From Cyanobacteria bacterium auto_48_18 (lineage in GTDB: Bacteria > Cyanobacteriota > Vampirovibrionia > Obscuribacterales > Obscuribacteraceae), in contig JAVHQC010000036.1 of NCBI GenBank assembly GCA_036170915.1, forward strand, positions 207,743-271,742: a stretch of 64,000 bases of DNA, read 5' to 3'. Of the stretch, positions 39,298-48,606 are shown in pieces (the first letter of the stretch is position 1; each line of letters begins with the position of its first letter). A model generated the notes under the pieces. The model searched no databases and was not told where the DNA came from. It worked only from the letters and a program-made list of their open reading frames with translations. The position numbers were made by a program, and so were the translations under genes.

Positions 39298-40461
39298 TTG
39301 AGTAAATCAATTTTATTGGCAGAAGAAGATGAAAACGTCAAAACTCTGCTTGGTACTCTGCTCGCTGCACGCCATCACACTGTCGAAACCAGTGGCGAAG
39401 GCAAAAAGATTTTGAATCTGCTTGCTTTACAGACTTACGATCTGGTGATTGTGGGCGACCAACTAAGCGATATCGACGGCATTGGATTGATTGTAAAAAT
39501 TCGTTCGGTCAATTCGCAAGTGCCTATTGTCTTTCTTTCTAAAACCTGGCGTGATGCAGCTGTATATCAGCAACTAACTAAAGATTTCAGAGTTTCGCTG
39601 GTTATTCACAGACCAATTAAAGCTGCCTTATTTGGTGCCCAAATTGAAAGCCTTTTTTCTTCAGCAGAAAAATCGATTCAGTCTCACGTACAGAATGAAG
39701 AATCAATTTTCAATACTTTGCAGGGAAATTATTTAAAAGTTCTGCCCGAGCGTTTTGAAAAACTAGAAGAAGCTATCACTCTTGCTAAGGCTCATCCAGA
39801 AGATGCCGCCAGTCTGCTCGAAGCCATTAGACTGGCACACAATCTAAAGGGCACAGCCAGCTCGTGTGGATTCGGTGTGCTGGGTGAATCGGCCAGTTCA
39901 CTTGAAAAAGCTCTTGACGCCATTCGCGAAAATCAACTGACTGAACACGAAGCGGCCTGGGAAGAAATAGAATTAATCGCCAATCTCGTCAAAAGCAATG
40001 CCACTGCCTTAACTGGTGATCCGGTTGCCCAAGTAGACAAACGTGCATTTGCCACCATGGAACCTTTAGAGGAATTCAACTTCCCGGTTCCACCACCAGC
40101 AGGGCTCGACGCTTACCAACCGCAAGATAATTTTGATACTTATGACGACTCGTCGGCAGTGCGAGTGATGGTCTTCAGTTCTGACGTAATGCCTGCTCAC
40201 AAGCGAATCGGCAATAAAGACACTGGTTTACCGGTGCAAGTTATTTTAAGTCAAAATCATGAAGATGCCATTGCCAAAGCTGGCAAGCTCACACTAGATG
40301 CGGTGCTAATTGATATTGACGTAACACAGCCGGCACCAGCTCTCAACCTTGCTCGCGATTTGCGCTCTCTACCAGGTTATGAAACTTTGCCTGTAGCATT
40401 TCTTTCAACTTCAAAACAACAAAAAATATCGAAGATTCTACCCATGCTGGTGCTTCGTTGA
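39298..40461 (+). CDS. 5' part of a REC-HPt-REC-REC-GGDEF regulator (pseudo-receiver, HPt, receiver cut by a frameshift)
   Basis: N-terminal receiver fold, HPt AHNLKGTA. The second receiver stops after PVAFLST and continues in the -1 frame. Confidence 0.8.
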   Translation: MSKSILLAEEDENVKTLLGTLLAARHHTVETSGEGKKILNLLALQTYDLVIVGDQLSDIDGIGLIVKIRSVNSQVPIVFLSKTWRDAAVYQQLTKDFRVSLVIHRPIKAALFGAQIESLFSSAEKSIQSHVQNEESIFNTLQGNYLKVLPERFEKLEEAITLAKAHPEDAASLLEAIRLAHNLKGTASSCGFGVLGESASSLEKALDAIRENQLTEHEAAWEEIELIANLVKSNATALTGDPVAQVDKRAFATMEPLEEFNFPVPPPAGLDAYQPQDNFDTYDDSSAVRVMVFSSDVMPAHKRIGNKDTGLPVQVILSQNHEDAIAKAGKLTLDAVLIDIDVTQPAPALNLARDLRSLPGYETLPVAFLSTSKQQKISKILPMLVLR

Positions 40462-41414
40462 TGCTCGAAAAGCCCTTGCAGAGCGACATCTTTAATGACG
40501 CCATCGAATATCTGGTCAACGCCCGCCAGGGCGGCAGGCCGCGGGTTTTGATTGTTGATGACGATGATGACTTCGTCAAAATCGTTGCGTCGGCACTTGG
40601 GCAGGAAGGTATGCTGGTAAGACAGATGTCCGACCCCACAGATCTTTTGCCGGTGATTCAAGAGTTTCATCCTGACATAGTTTTGCTAGACGTCACTATG
40701 CCTACTGTGAGCGGTTTTGATGTCTGCCGCATGATTCGCACCGCTGCACATTTTCAAGATCTGCCAATTTTATTTCTCACCGGTCAGACCGGTTTAGAGA
40801 CAAGGCTCGCGGCCTTTGAAGCAGGCGGCGACGATTATTTGCCTAAACCTGTAGCCAGAGTTGAGCTTTTAACAAGAGTGAAAGTGCGCTTAGAACGTGC
40901 ACGCATGCTCAAAGAACGCTCTAACAAAGACATTCTCACCGGTCTATTGATTCGCCGAGCATTTATGGAGCAGCTCAACGATATGGCGGATGAATCGAAA
41001 CGCAATGGTTTGATATTTAGCCTCAGTCTAATTGACGTCGATCACTTTAAACAAATAAACGATCAATATGGCCACATGGCCGGAGACCGTGTGCTGTCAG
41101 CATTTGGTCAGTTGCTGAAGAAGCGCTTTAGAGTAGAAGATTTTCGCGGGCGCTGGGGTGGCGAAGAGTTTATGGTGGCATTTCGCCATATTCGCAAAGA
41201 AACTGCTGGTGGTGCCCTGCAAAGAGCGCTGGAAGAACTTCGGGCTGTGGAATTTCATGGAGATCACGGTGAGACCTTTAATATAACTTTCAGCGCCGGT
41301 TTGGTTTCTTATCCTGACGATGGGGTGGATATCGAAGATCTGATTCGCAAAGCCGATGAGCGTCTTTATATAGCTAAAGATGCGGGTCGCAATCGACTGG
41401 TTACCGCAGGCTAA
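40458..41414 (+). CDS. 3' part: receiver + diguanylate cyclase (GGEEF)
   Basis: VLIVDDD, LLDVTMP, KP; DILTGL, DVDHFKQINDQYGH, RVED (RxxD I-site), RWGGEEF, AKDAGRN. Confidence 0.9.
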   Translation: MMLEKPLQSDIFNDAIEYLVNARQGGRPRVLIVDDDDDFVKIVASALGQEGMLVRQMSDPTDLLPVIQEFHPDIVLLDVTMPTVSGFDVCRMIRTAAHFQDLPILFLTGQTGLETRLAAFEAGGDDYLPKPVARVELLTRVKVRLERARMLKERSNKDILTGLLIRRAFMEQLNDMADESKRNGLIFSLSLIDVDHFKQINDQYGHMAGDRVLSAFGQLLKKRFRVEDFRGRWGGEEFMVAFRHIRKETAGGALQRALEELRAVEFHGDHGETFNITFSAGLVSYPDDGVDIEDLIRKADERLYIAKDAGRNRLVTAG

Positions 41415-41485
41415 TTTTGCAGTCTTAGTTTAATCAGGATGTGGGCACAAACAATTAAGCAAAGGTGACCGGGCAATAAAGTGCA

Positions 41486-41860
41486 ATGGCCAATTTATTG
41501 GTGGTAGAAGATGACGAAAACCTGCGCCAGACCGTGCAGGACTGGCTCATTTTTGAAAAGTACACAGTGGAAGTGGCCACAAGTGGACCAGACGCGCTGG
41601 AACAATTGAGCATGAATGTCTTTGACCTGATCATCCTTGACTGGTTTTTGCCCGACATCAACGGCATTGACGTATTGAAGCGCTACCGTGCTGCTGGTGG
41701 TCGGACGCCGGTTTTGATGCTCACCGGTCAAGACTCGAAAGATGCACGTCAGGTCGGCCTTGATGCTGGTGCCAACAGTTATTTAAAGAAACCCTTCAAA
41801 CTTCAGGAATTATCAGCACAGATCAGAAGCACTTTAAACATTGAAAGGAAAATTACATGA
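41486..41860 (+). CDS. Single-domain response regulator
   Basis: VVEDD, ILDWFLP, MLTG, KPF; no output domain. Confidence 0.92.
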   Translation: MANLLVVEDDENLRQTVQDWLIFEKYTVEVATSGPDALEQLSMNVFDLIILDWFLPDINGIDVLKRYRAAGGRTPVLMLTGQDSKDARQVGLDAGANSYLKKPFKLQELSAQIRSTLNIERKIT

Positions 41861-42660
41861 GTTCTTTAGTTCACCTGGTATGTGATTACGCCCATGGAGA
41901 CATGGCCTGGGCCGAAATTGTAGCGGCGCTTTGTTGCAAATTGCATGACGACACGCGTATTCACGCCACTTCTGTACATGCTTTCGACACAATCTCAACC
42001 GGCTTTATCGTTGCCCAGCTGGCGCTCACCAGTAAACAATTAAGGCCAACAAACATGTTGGTATTTGCCAATACCGCACCCCGTCGAGACAGAAAAGAAG
42101 CTCGCCCTAATAATGAGGGCGAAGGTCTGCTTTTTGCCACATTGAAAAATGGCGTACAGGTTCTGGCCGTAAATTCAGGCCACTCACTTTCATTTGTCAA
42201 AAACGATATGCAAGAGCTCTGGAGCACAAATGTTGAAGAACAGGGCAGCCAATTCCGCTCGCGTGATTTTTTCCCACAAGCGGTGAGCAAGGCCTCACGA
42301 AGCGATTTTTCCTTCATTAAAAACAAGCTGACAATTGCTGACATTGTGCCTGATGAACCCAAAGAAGTAGTTGGTTATGTGGATTCATTCGGCAATATCA
42401 AAACTACCATTCGCACTGGCGATTCTAAGCTGGAGAATCTTACCCCGGGTACCAGACTGAAAATTTCCATTGGTCCACAAGTTAAAACCGCCACTGTAGC
42501 CACAGGGAGCTTCAATATTCTGGAAGGCGATCTGGCCTTTTCACCTGGTAGCTCCGGCCATGAAAAGCGTTACTGGGAGCTGTTTAAGCGGGGTGGAAGC
42601 GCTGCTGATGAGTTTGCTCACCCTCCAACTGGCGCAACAGTAAAAATACAACCGGCCTGA
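41857..42660 (+). CDS. SAM hydroxide adenosyltransferase / chlorinase-like (DUF62-like) protein
   Basis: LVCDY start, FRSRDFFP, YVDSFGNIKT resemble the DUF62 family motifs. Confidence 0.7.
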   Translation: MSSLVHLVCDYAHGDMAWAEIVAALCCKLHDDTRIHATSVHAFDTISTGFIVAQLALTSKQLRPTNMLVFANTAPRRDRKEARPNNEGEGLLFATLKNGVQVLAVNSGHSLSFVKNDMQELWSTNVEEQGSQFRSRDFFPQAVSKASRSDFSFIKNKLTIADIVPDEPKEVVGYVDSFGNIKTTIRTGDSKLENLTPGTRLKISIGPQVKTATVATGSFNILEGDLAFSPGSSGHEKRYWELFKRGGSAADEFAHPPTGATVKIQPA

Positions 42661-42781
42661 ACTGCCGCTTAATGTACCGTGGCAAAGCGTTAGAACTCCG
42701 GCTAATTTGGTATGGTACAGATACACACCCATTTTTTCAGTCCAAGTTATCTAACCTAACTAGCCCGAAAGACCAGGATAC

Positions 42782-44005
42782 ATGATAGAAAAACAGGCAA
42801 CAGCTGATGCCCTCCCTACACTTCTGATAGGGGCGAACATAGTCACACAGCCAAAACTGGATGAGGCTATGCTCACGGCCAAAAATTTAAACGTGCCACT
42901 GGCACGGGCTCTGGCCATGCTCAATTCGGTGAGCGAAACCACCATGAAAGTGGTTCTTGAAGCTGAAGAGCTGGTGAGATCAGGCAAAGCTACAGTTGAT
43001 CTGGCGCTTAAAGCCCTGAGACTGGCGCGGCAGAACAACATGACGATGGAAGACGCCATCGGTGTGCTCAATTCGGTGCACAAAAAAACTCAAACAGTGC
43101 AAAGCATTGCCAACCCGCTGACTCAGCTTTTGCTCACCACTGAGCTGATTAATCCCGAACAACTTGGACGGGCAGTGATCAAAGCTAAAGAAACAGGCAT
43201 GCAGATGGGCCGCGTACTTGTGCTCAACCGCGACCTGTCGAGCTGGATGATGAATGCTGCTCTAACAGCCCAACTTCTAGTCAGAGACGGCAAAGTAACC
43301 AAAGACCAGGCCACCCAGGCGCTCTTAACCGTTGGCAGGCGACGCATCAGCATTGAACAAGCACTCTTTGAACTGGGCCTTTACTCAGAGAAAGCTGGGC
43401 AGACTGTACGCATCGGCGAGTTAGTTCTAATGGCTGGTTTTCTGTCTGACGGAGACATGCTTGAGTGTGTCGAAATTGAATTGGTCAAAGAAAAACAGTT
43501 TGGACAAATCTTGCTCGAACAAGGCCTGGTCACTCACGATTTGCTGGAAGCTGCCATTATTTTGCAAGACATGGTGGCCAATGCCACAGTTAAAGCTTTC
43601 CAGGCCGCCGAAGCCTTGAAGCAGGTTAAGGCGCGTGGAGTCTCGGTGTATCAAGCTATCGCTGAAAATTATTCAGCCGCACAAGCCTTGCCAAAAGAAT
43701 TTTTACCGGCCGATTTGCTGGTGCAGTCTGGCTTGATATCAGCTTTTGAAATTGAAAAAGTTGTAGACGTAAAAGAGAAAAGTGCCATCAAAGTAGGCAA
43801 GAAAGTTTTGTCTACGGGCGCCATCAGCGAGCCTGTGCTTTACACGGCTCTGCGCACTTATTCGCTTTACAGTCAGGGCTTTATATCAAGTGAGCAAGCG
43901 GTTCTATCTCTGAATAAGTGTAAGAACGAAAACATCACTCTTGACGAATCGCTGGCGAAACTTGGTTGGAATGTCCCGGCGCGTATGCAATGGATATGGT
44001 GCTAA
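42782..44005 (+). CDS. Protein composed of four tandem MshEN-like helical repeats
   Basis: RIGELVLMAGFLS..., QFGQILLEQGLVTHDLLEAAIILQ; ~98-aa periodicity. Confidence 0.7.
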   Translation: MIEKQATADALPTLLIGANIVTQPKLDEAMLTAKNLNVPLARALAMLNSVSETTMKVVLEAEELVRSGKATVDLALKALRLARQNNMTMEDAIGVLNSVHKKTQTVQSIANPLTQLLLTTELINPEQLGRAVIKAKETGMQMGRVLVLNRDLSSWMMNAALTAQLLVRDGKVTKDQATQALLTVGRRRISIEQALFELGLYSEKAGQTVRIGELVLMAGFLSDGDMLECVEIELVKEKQFGQILLEQGLVTHDLLEAAIILQDMVANATVKAFQAAEALKQVKARGVSVYQAIAENYSAAQALPKEFLPADLLVQSGLISAFEIEKVVDVKEKSAIKVGKKVLSTGAISEPVLYTALRTYSLYSQGFISSEQAVLSLNKCKNENITLDESLAKLGWNVPARMQWIWC

Positions 44006-44988
44006 CAAAAATTAGTTTGCGAATTTCCCTTTTTGCACTCTTGGCTCTGTTACTGACTAACCAGGCTGGTTCGGCCATGGCAGCTGAACCACTAGCCACT
44101 GGTATCAGTAAAGCGCGCCCGAAAATTGGCCTCGCCCTTGGTGGCGGTGGTATGCGCTCAGCCGCCTGTGTGGGTGTACTCAAAGTGCTCGATGACGAAG
44201 GCATACCGGTGGATGTACTGGTAGGAAGCGGTATGGGAGCGGTAGTTGGCGGGCTCTATTCAGCCGGGGTAACACCCCAACACATTGCCGAGCAGTTCAC
44301 CGATAAAAAGCTGATGAGCGCTTACGTAACGGTGCCGCTTAAGCTCAGAGTTTTAGTGATACCACTTTTTTATACACCTCGATTTTTCGGTTACGAACCT
44401 TATGATGGCCTTTATCGTGGCAAAAGATTCGCCTCATATTTGAACAAACAAGTGCCCGAAACAGAGCGCAATATCGAAGATTTGAAAATGACATTCGGCG
44501 CAGTGGCGGTGAATTTGATTGATGGTCACACGGTTACCATGACCAGAGGCAATCTTGGTAAAGCCTTGCAAGCAAGCGCAGCCATTCCCGCTTTGCGCAA
44601 ACCAGTGAAGTTACCCGAGTTCAATAACGGCTTGTTTGTCGATGGTGGTGTGCTGGTCAATATTCCAGTTACAGAAGCAAAAAAACTAGGAGCCGACATC
44701 GTTATCGCCGTCAATGTAGACGAGGCGCTGGCACCCGCCACCGACAAAGACTTTCACAAAGTTGGCAGCGTCAGCCACCGCGTTATCACTTTGCACTTTA
44801 GAGAAGTTGATGCCGCTCAGCTGGCTAAATCGGACTATGTAATCAGACCAAATGTAGATGGCATTGGTATGATTTCAACAAAGTCTGACGACGCCAAACA
44901 ATGCATTCAAGCCGGAGAGACCGCTGCTAGACGCGCCATTCCAGCCATTCGCGAATTAATCGAACGCTACAATTCGACTAGCCAGTAA
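43990..44988 (+). CDS. Secreted patatin-like phospholipase homologue with Gly at the nucleophile position
   Basis: Signal peptide, LALGGGG.R, VGSGMGA (canonical GxSxG), ASAAIP, VDGG. Confidence 0.85.
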   Translation: MDMVLTKISLRISLFALLALLLTNQAGSAMAAEPLATGISKARPKIGLALGGGGMRSAACVGVLKVLDDEGIPVDVLVGSGMGAVVGGLYSAGVTPQHIAEQFTDKKLMSAYVTVPLKLRVLVIPLFYTPRFFGYEPYDGLYRGKRFASYLNKQVPETERNIEDLKMTFGAVAVNLIDGHTVTMTRGNLGKALQASAAIPALRKPVKLPEFNNGLFVDGGVLVNIPVTEAKKLGADIVIAVNVDEALAPATDKDFHKVGSVSHRVITLHFREVDAAQLAKSDYVIRPNVDGIGMISTKSDDAKQCIQAGETAARRAIPAIRELIERYNSTSQ

Positions 44989-45823
44989 GGGCAGTGTCAA
45001 GACTGAGTGTTTTAGCATGATTTTCTGGTGCGTCGATTTGCATGTAATTTTCTAGACCGCCTTCAAGCAGTCTTTTTACATCATTGACGAATCTGGCCGC
45101 AGGTCCACCATCGATCATACGGTGGTCAAAATTGAGTGTAAGAGTCATCATAGGCCGCACCACGATTTTCCCGTCGCGCACTACCGCTCTTTGTTCAATT
45201 TCGCCAATACCAAAAGTAGAGGTAGAAACACATGGAGGAATAAGCGCTTTAGCGCCCCACTTACCAATTGAGCTGAGGCCGAATGTGGCTCCAAGATACT
45301 TCAAACGCACAGCCGGATAACGCATGCCCATCCAGAGAATGAACCGGCGGAAGAGCCACGGCATCTTGCTGAAATTGTCTTGACGGGTGAGATGTTCCAT
45401 TGATGACATATCAGAATCGGAATATTCCTTAAGCTCGGAAGCAATCTCTTCTACTGATTTTGTGTCTGGATTTTTGATGGCACCAAAAAATACGGCGGGT
45501 TGCTCACCGACATAGCGCTCAACCGTAAAACCCGCGACGATATCGTTGAAAGTGACTGTGCGACCCCAGGGCAGCGTAGCCGTGCGACTATCAGGATGAG
45601 CCCTCTGGGCAATGGCAATGGCTTTGAGCAAAATGGCGGTTACAGTAACTTTGGAGCCCATAGACTTCAACTTGGCTCTAATTTCTTCCACCCAGGTCAT
45701 ATCAATATCAATGAACAGATAGGTTGGCACTGCATCTTTATTGCAGAAAGTGACCATATCGATCACGTTCCATCTTGGTTTTGGAATTGAAGAGAGTGAG
45801 AAGCCTTTGCTTTTTTTGTCCAT
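44978..45823 (-). CDS. Stand-alone 2-oxoacid dehydrogenase E2-like acyltransferase catalytic domain
   Basis: TFGLSSIG, LTLNFDHRMIDG; no lipoyl domain. Confidence 0.85.
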   Translation of the reverse strand: MDKKSKGFSLSSIPKPRWNVIDMVTFCNKDAVPTYLFIDIDMTWVEEIRAKLKSMGSKVTVTAILLKAIAIAQRAHPDSRTATLPWGRTVTFNDIVAGFTVERYVGEQPAVFFGAIKNPDTKSVEEIASELKEYSDSDMSSMEHLTRQDNFSKMPWLFRRFILWMGMRYPAVRLKYLGATFGLSSIGKWGAKALIPPCVSTSTFGIGEIEQRAVVRDGKIVVRPMMTLTLNFDHRMIDGGPAARFVNDVKRLLEGGLENYMQIDAPENHAKTLSLDTALTG

Positions 45824-46067
45824 TATTTTATTCCGTCAGTGTCGAGAATTGAGCTAGCCGACTAGACAATAACCTGGTGATCAAAGTTCCCTGCCTGTGC
45901 AGAGTCTGGCCGGAGCTCAGATCTGATCTAATTATAGGCTACCTCTTGGCTTTCTAGAAGTAATCTGGTGGTAAGTAACGCCCTTTACCACGGCCCAAAA
46001 GGCCGAAATAGGCCCAAATCGTCAACAATTTCTGTAATTTAATCTTGCAGCGGAAGTTTTGGCCCTT

Positions 46068-47546
46068 TTAACGCTGCGTGTCTTCTTCTAAGGGTGCCAA
46101 ACCGTCGGGATCGGTGAGCTGACTTTCATCGCGATCTTCCATGGCCGTATCAAAAGCTGACCGGTTCTGATTGCGGTTGACTGCCACATTGGTCATATTG
46201 GAGGGCAGCCCCTGAGAAAGAGAATCTTTGTCAGGCCCGTAGGTTAAAGTGACGCCATTTGAAGGCTGTGTAATAGGAACGGGAACAGGAACCGGATCTT
46301 CGCCATTAGAAATGCTCGGCAGATTTCGATTTTTGTTGCCCAATCCAGGAAAGCCAAAATTGGCCATGCCACTGCCGAAAGTGGCAAAAGGATCTGAATT
46401 TGAACTTGAATTTGAAGTTGAGCCAGAGGCCGTGCCATTCTTAACGGTAATCTTGCCACCTTTGCTCCCATTAGGAATTTGTGATTCGACCATTTTTTTC
46501 AAAGTCTCTTCACGCCGCTTAATTTCTTCCAGGCGTTTTTCCAAAATTACACGTTCTTCGCGATTTTGACCAAGCTGAAATTCGCTCTCTTTTTTCAGCT
46601 CTAAAAATTTAGTGTATGCAAACCAGCCACCGATGGAAAGACACATCACCAGGATGCCCACAGTCATTTCTAAAAGTTTGAAATTGCTTTTCTCTTCAGG
46701 CTGCGTGGTTGTGACGTAATCGAGCTCATCTTTCATCTCTAAAGCTGATTGATAGCGCAGATAAACATCTTGCTGCGTGGCGCGGCTGACAATTAAATCA
46801 GCGGCTTCAGAAATCTCTTCATCGACATCGCGGGGTGAGCAGACAGTAAGTGCCAGCGGCTCTTCACCAGTAAGAAGAAAATACATAGTGGCGCCCAGGG
46901 CATAAATATCAGAACGGGGATCGGCACCACCCCAATATTGCTCAGGTGGAGAATAGCCCTGAGAGACCACATGGGTGTTGTCGCCATCGTCTTGATAAAG
47001 CCGGGCAATACCAAAGTCAACCAATTTGACATTGTCTTTAGTGTCAATCATGACATTGGAAGGTTTCAAATCGCGGTAAATGACGGGCGGATCGTGAGCA
47101 TGCAAATAATGCAGTACTTCACAAATTTGCTTGGACCAGCCCAGCACCTGGTCTTCAGAGAAAGGCTCTTCTCTTTCTTTGAGCATATCTTGCAGATTAT
47201 GGCCTTCTACGTACTCCATAACCAGGTAGTACTCTTCGTCTTCGCGGAACGAATCGAGTACCAGCACGATGTTTGGATGCTGCAATTTGCTCAGCACTTT
47301 GGCTTCGCGTAAGAAAAATTGTTGTGCTTTCTCTTTATCTTCATCGCGGAAGAAATCATCACGCAAGCGTTTGACCACGCATTTGCGATTGTCTAAATTG
47401 AGGTCACGGGCCAGATAAACAGTACCCATGCCACCTTGACCCAGATAATCAACAACTTGCCAGCGACCGCGCAAAACGAAAGGCCCATCTTTTTGAGGGT
47501 CTCTGTATGGCAGTCCGCTATTGCTATGCTCGAAACTAGATGGCAT
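46068..47546 (-). CDS. Hanks-type Ser/Thr kinase with TM and low-complexity tail
   Basis: LGQGGMGTVY, VVK, YRDLKPSN, DFG, YSPPEQ. Confidence 0.92.
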   Translation of the reverse strand: MPSSFEHSNSGLPYRDPQKDGPFVLRGRWQVVDYLGQGGMGTVYLARDLNLDNRKCVVKRLRDDFFRDEDKEKAQQFFLREAKVLSKLQHPNIVLVLDSFREDEEYYLVMEYVEGHNLQDMLKEREEPFSEDQVLGWSKQICEVLHYLHAHDPPVIYRDLKPSNVMIDTKDNVKLVDFGIARLYQDDGDNTHVVSQGYSPPEQYWGGADPRSDIYALGATMYFLLTGEEPLALTVCSPRDVDEEISEAADLIVSRATQQDVYLRYQSALEMKDELDYVTTTQPEEKSNFKLLEMTVGILVMCLSIGGWFAYTKFLELKKESEFQLGQNREERVILEKRLEEIKRREETLKKMVESQIPNGSKGGKITVKNGTASGSTSNSSSNSDPFATFGSGMANFGFPGLGNKNRNLPSISNGEDPVPVPVPITQPSNGVTLTYGPDKDSLSQGLPSNMTNVAVNRNQNRSAFDTAMEDRDESQLTDPDGLAPLEEDTQR

Positions 47547-47610
47547 GAAATTGCTGATTTAGAACTGATGCTTGAGTACTCTTGAGTACTTCAGTATAAC
47601 AATCTTTAAT

Positions 47611-48486
47611 CTATTTCAAAAGCCCGTATTTTAAGCAAAGCTGGCGAAACAAATCGAGCCCTTGATGATGTTCGGCAGAAAAGCTGTAATCAAGCTCGCT
47701 TCTAAAATAGCTATCGAGAGCAGCGTGTGGCAGCCCAGTGCGCCGCATGGCTTCGGCCAAGACCACCTCATAATCGTCGTTTAGCCCATGACAGAGGCAC
47801 TGATAGAGGAAATCATTCAGTCGTTCAAAATCATCGAGGTTAGCATCACACCAGGTTTTGCGAGCAGCCCACACGCCAAAGACCATGGGCAGACTGAAGC
47901 GCTCAAACCACCAGAGTCCGAGGTCTTGACGCACATAGCTCGCTTCTTCCCCCCTGGCCTTAATGGCAAGATCCGCCGCCAGAGCGTTGTCGCCAATCAC
48001 TACCCAGCCATCATATTGAAGGTCTATTGGCATCGCGTCACCGCTTGCAGCCAGGTCGGAAACAAAATCAATACTTTGCAAAAACTCGGCGCCGCCAAAT
48101 TCTTCGGCCAGAAGCACTTTAACTAGATTATTGGAGGTGGCAGACGATTTTGACAGGGCGATGCGAGAGCCCCGAAGCTGGTCTAATGGCCGGCGGCTGA
48201 AAAAAAGCACACTACCAACAGCTCCACGACTGGCAATGCAGAGGCGGTCAAACAGCCTGAAACTGCCATCTTCAAGATAAAAATAGGCACTCATAGCCCC
48301 AAGCTCAATTTCATGACGGCCATAAGCGCGATTGAGCTCACCAGGCGTATCCATAACCAGGTCGAGGTTTTGCGGCTTGCGTTGCAGAAACGGCAAAGTA
48401 ATTGGCAAACAATTGACGAAGTCAATTTGACCGAAAAGCACGGGCTGCTTCAGCAGAAAAGGCTTTTCAGGAATTTCCAGTGACAA
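47611..48486 (-). CDS. mqnA: Chorismate dehydratase (futalosine menaquinone pathway)
   Basis: GQIDFVNCLP, GAVGSVLFFS, SATS, IGDNAL, DLG..W....LPMVFGVWA. Confidence 0.85.
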   Translation of the reverse strand: MSLEIPEKPFLLKQPVLFGQIDFVNCLPITLPFLQRKPQNLDLVMDTPGELNRAYGRHEIELGAMSAYFYLEDGSFRLFDRLCIASRGAVGSVLFFSRRPLDQLRGSRIALSKSSATSNNLVKVLLAEEFGGAEFLQSIDFVSDLAASGDAMPIDLQYDGWVVIGDNALAADLAIKARGEEASYVRQDLGLWWFERFSLPMVFGVWAARKTWCDANLDDFERLNDFLYQCLCHGLNDDYEVVLAEAMRRTGLPHAALDSYFRSELDYSFSAEHHQGLDLFRQLCLKYGLLK

Positions 48487-48606
48487 AATAATTTGATTTC
48501 AAAAAAGGGGGAGTGGACCATAGAGTTTCTAGTATATTTCTTGCGGCCGCACTCCCTATTTCAATTATGCAGGTCTAATGCCGGTCGTCAAGAGGAGAAG
48601 GATAAA

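Noticed and set aside
43966..44988. CBASS-type patatin effector / antiphage system
   Set aside because: It has a signal peptide, lacks the catalytic Ser and has no CD-NTase neighbour.
47571..47590. Cyanobacterial LexA box
   Set aside because: The spacing between the GTAC half-sites is longer than in the RGTAC-NNN-DGTWCB consensus.
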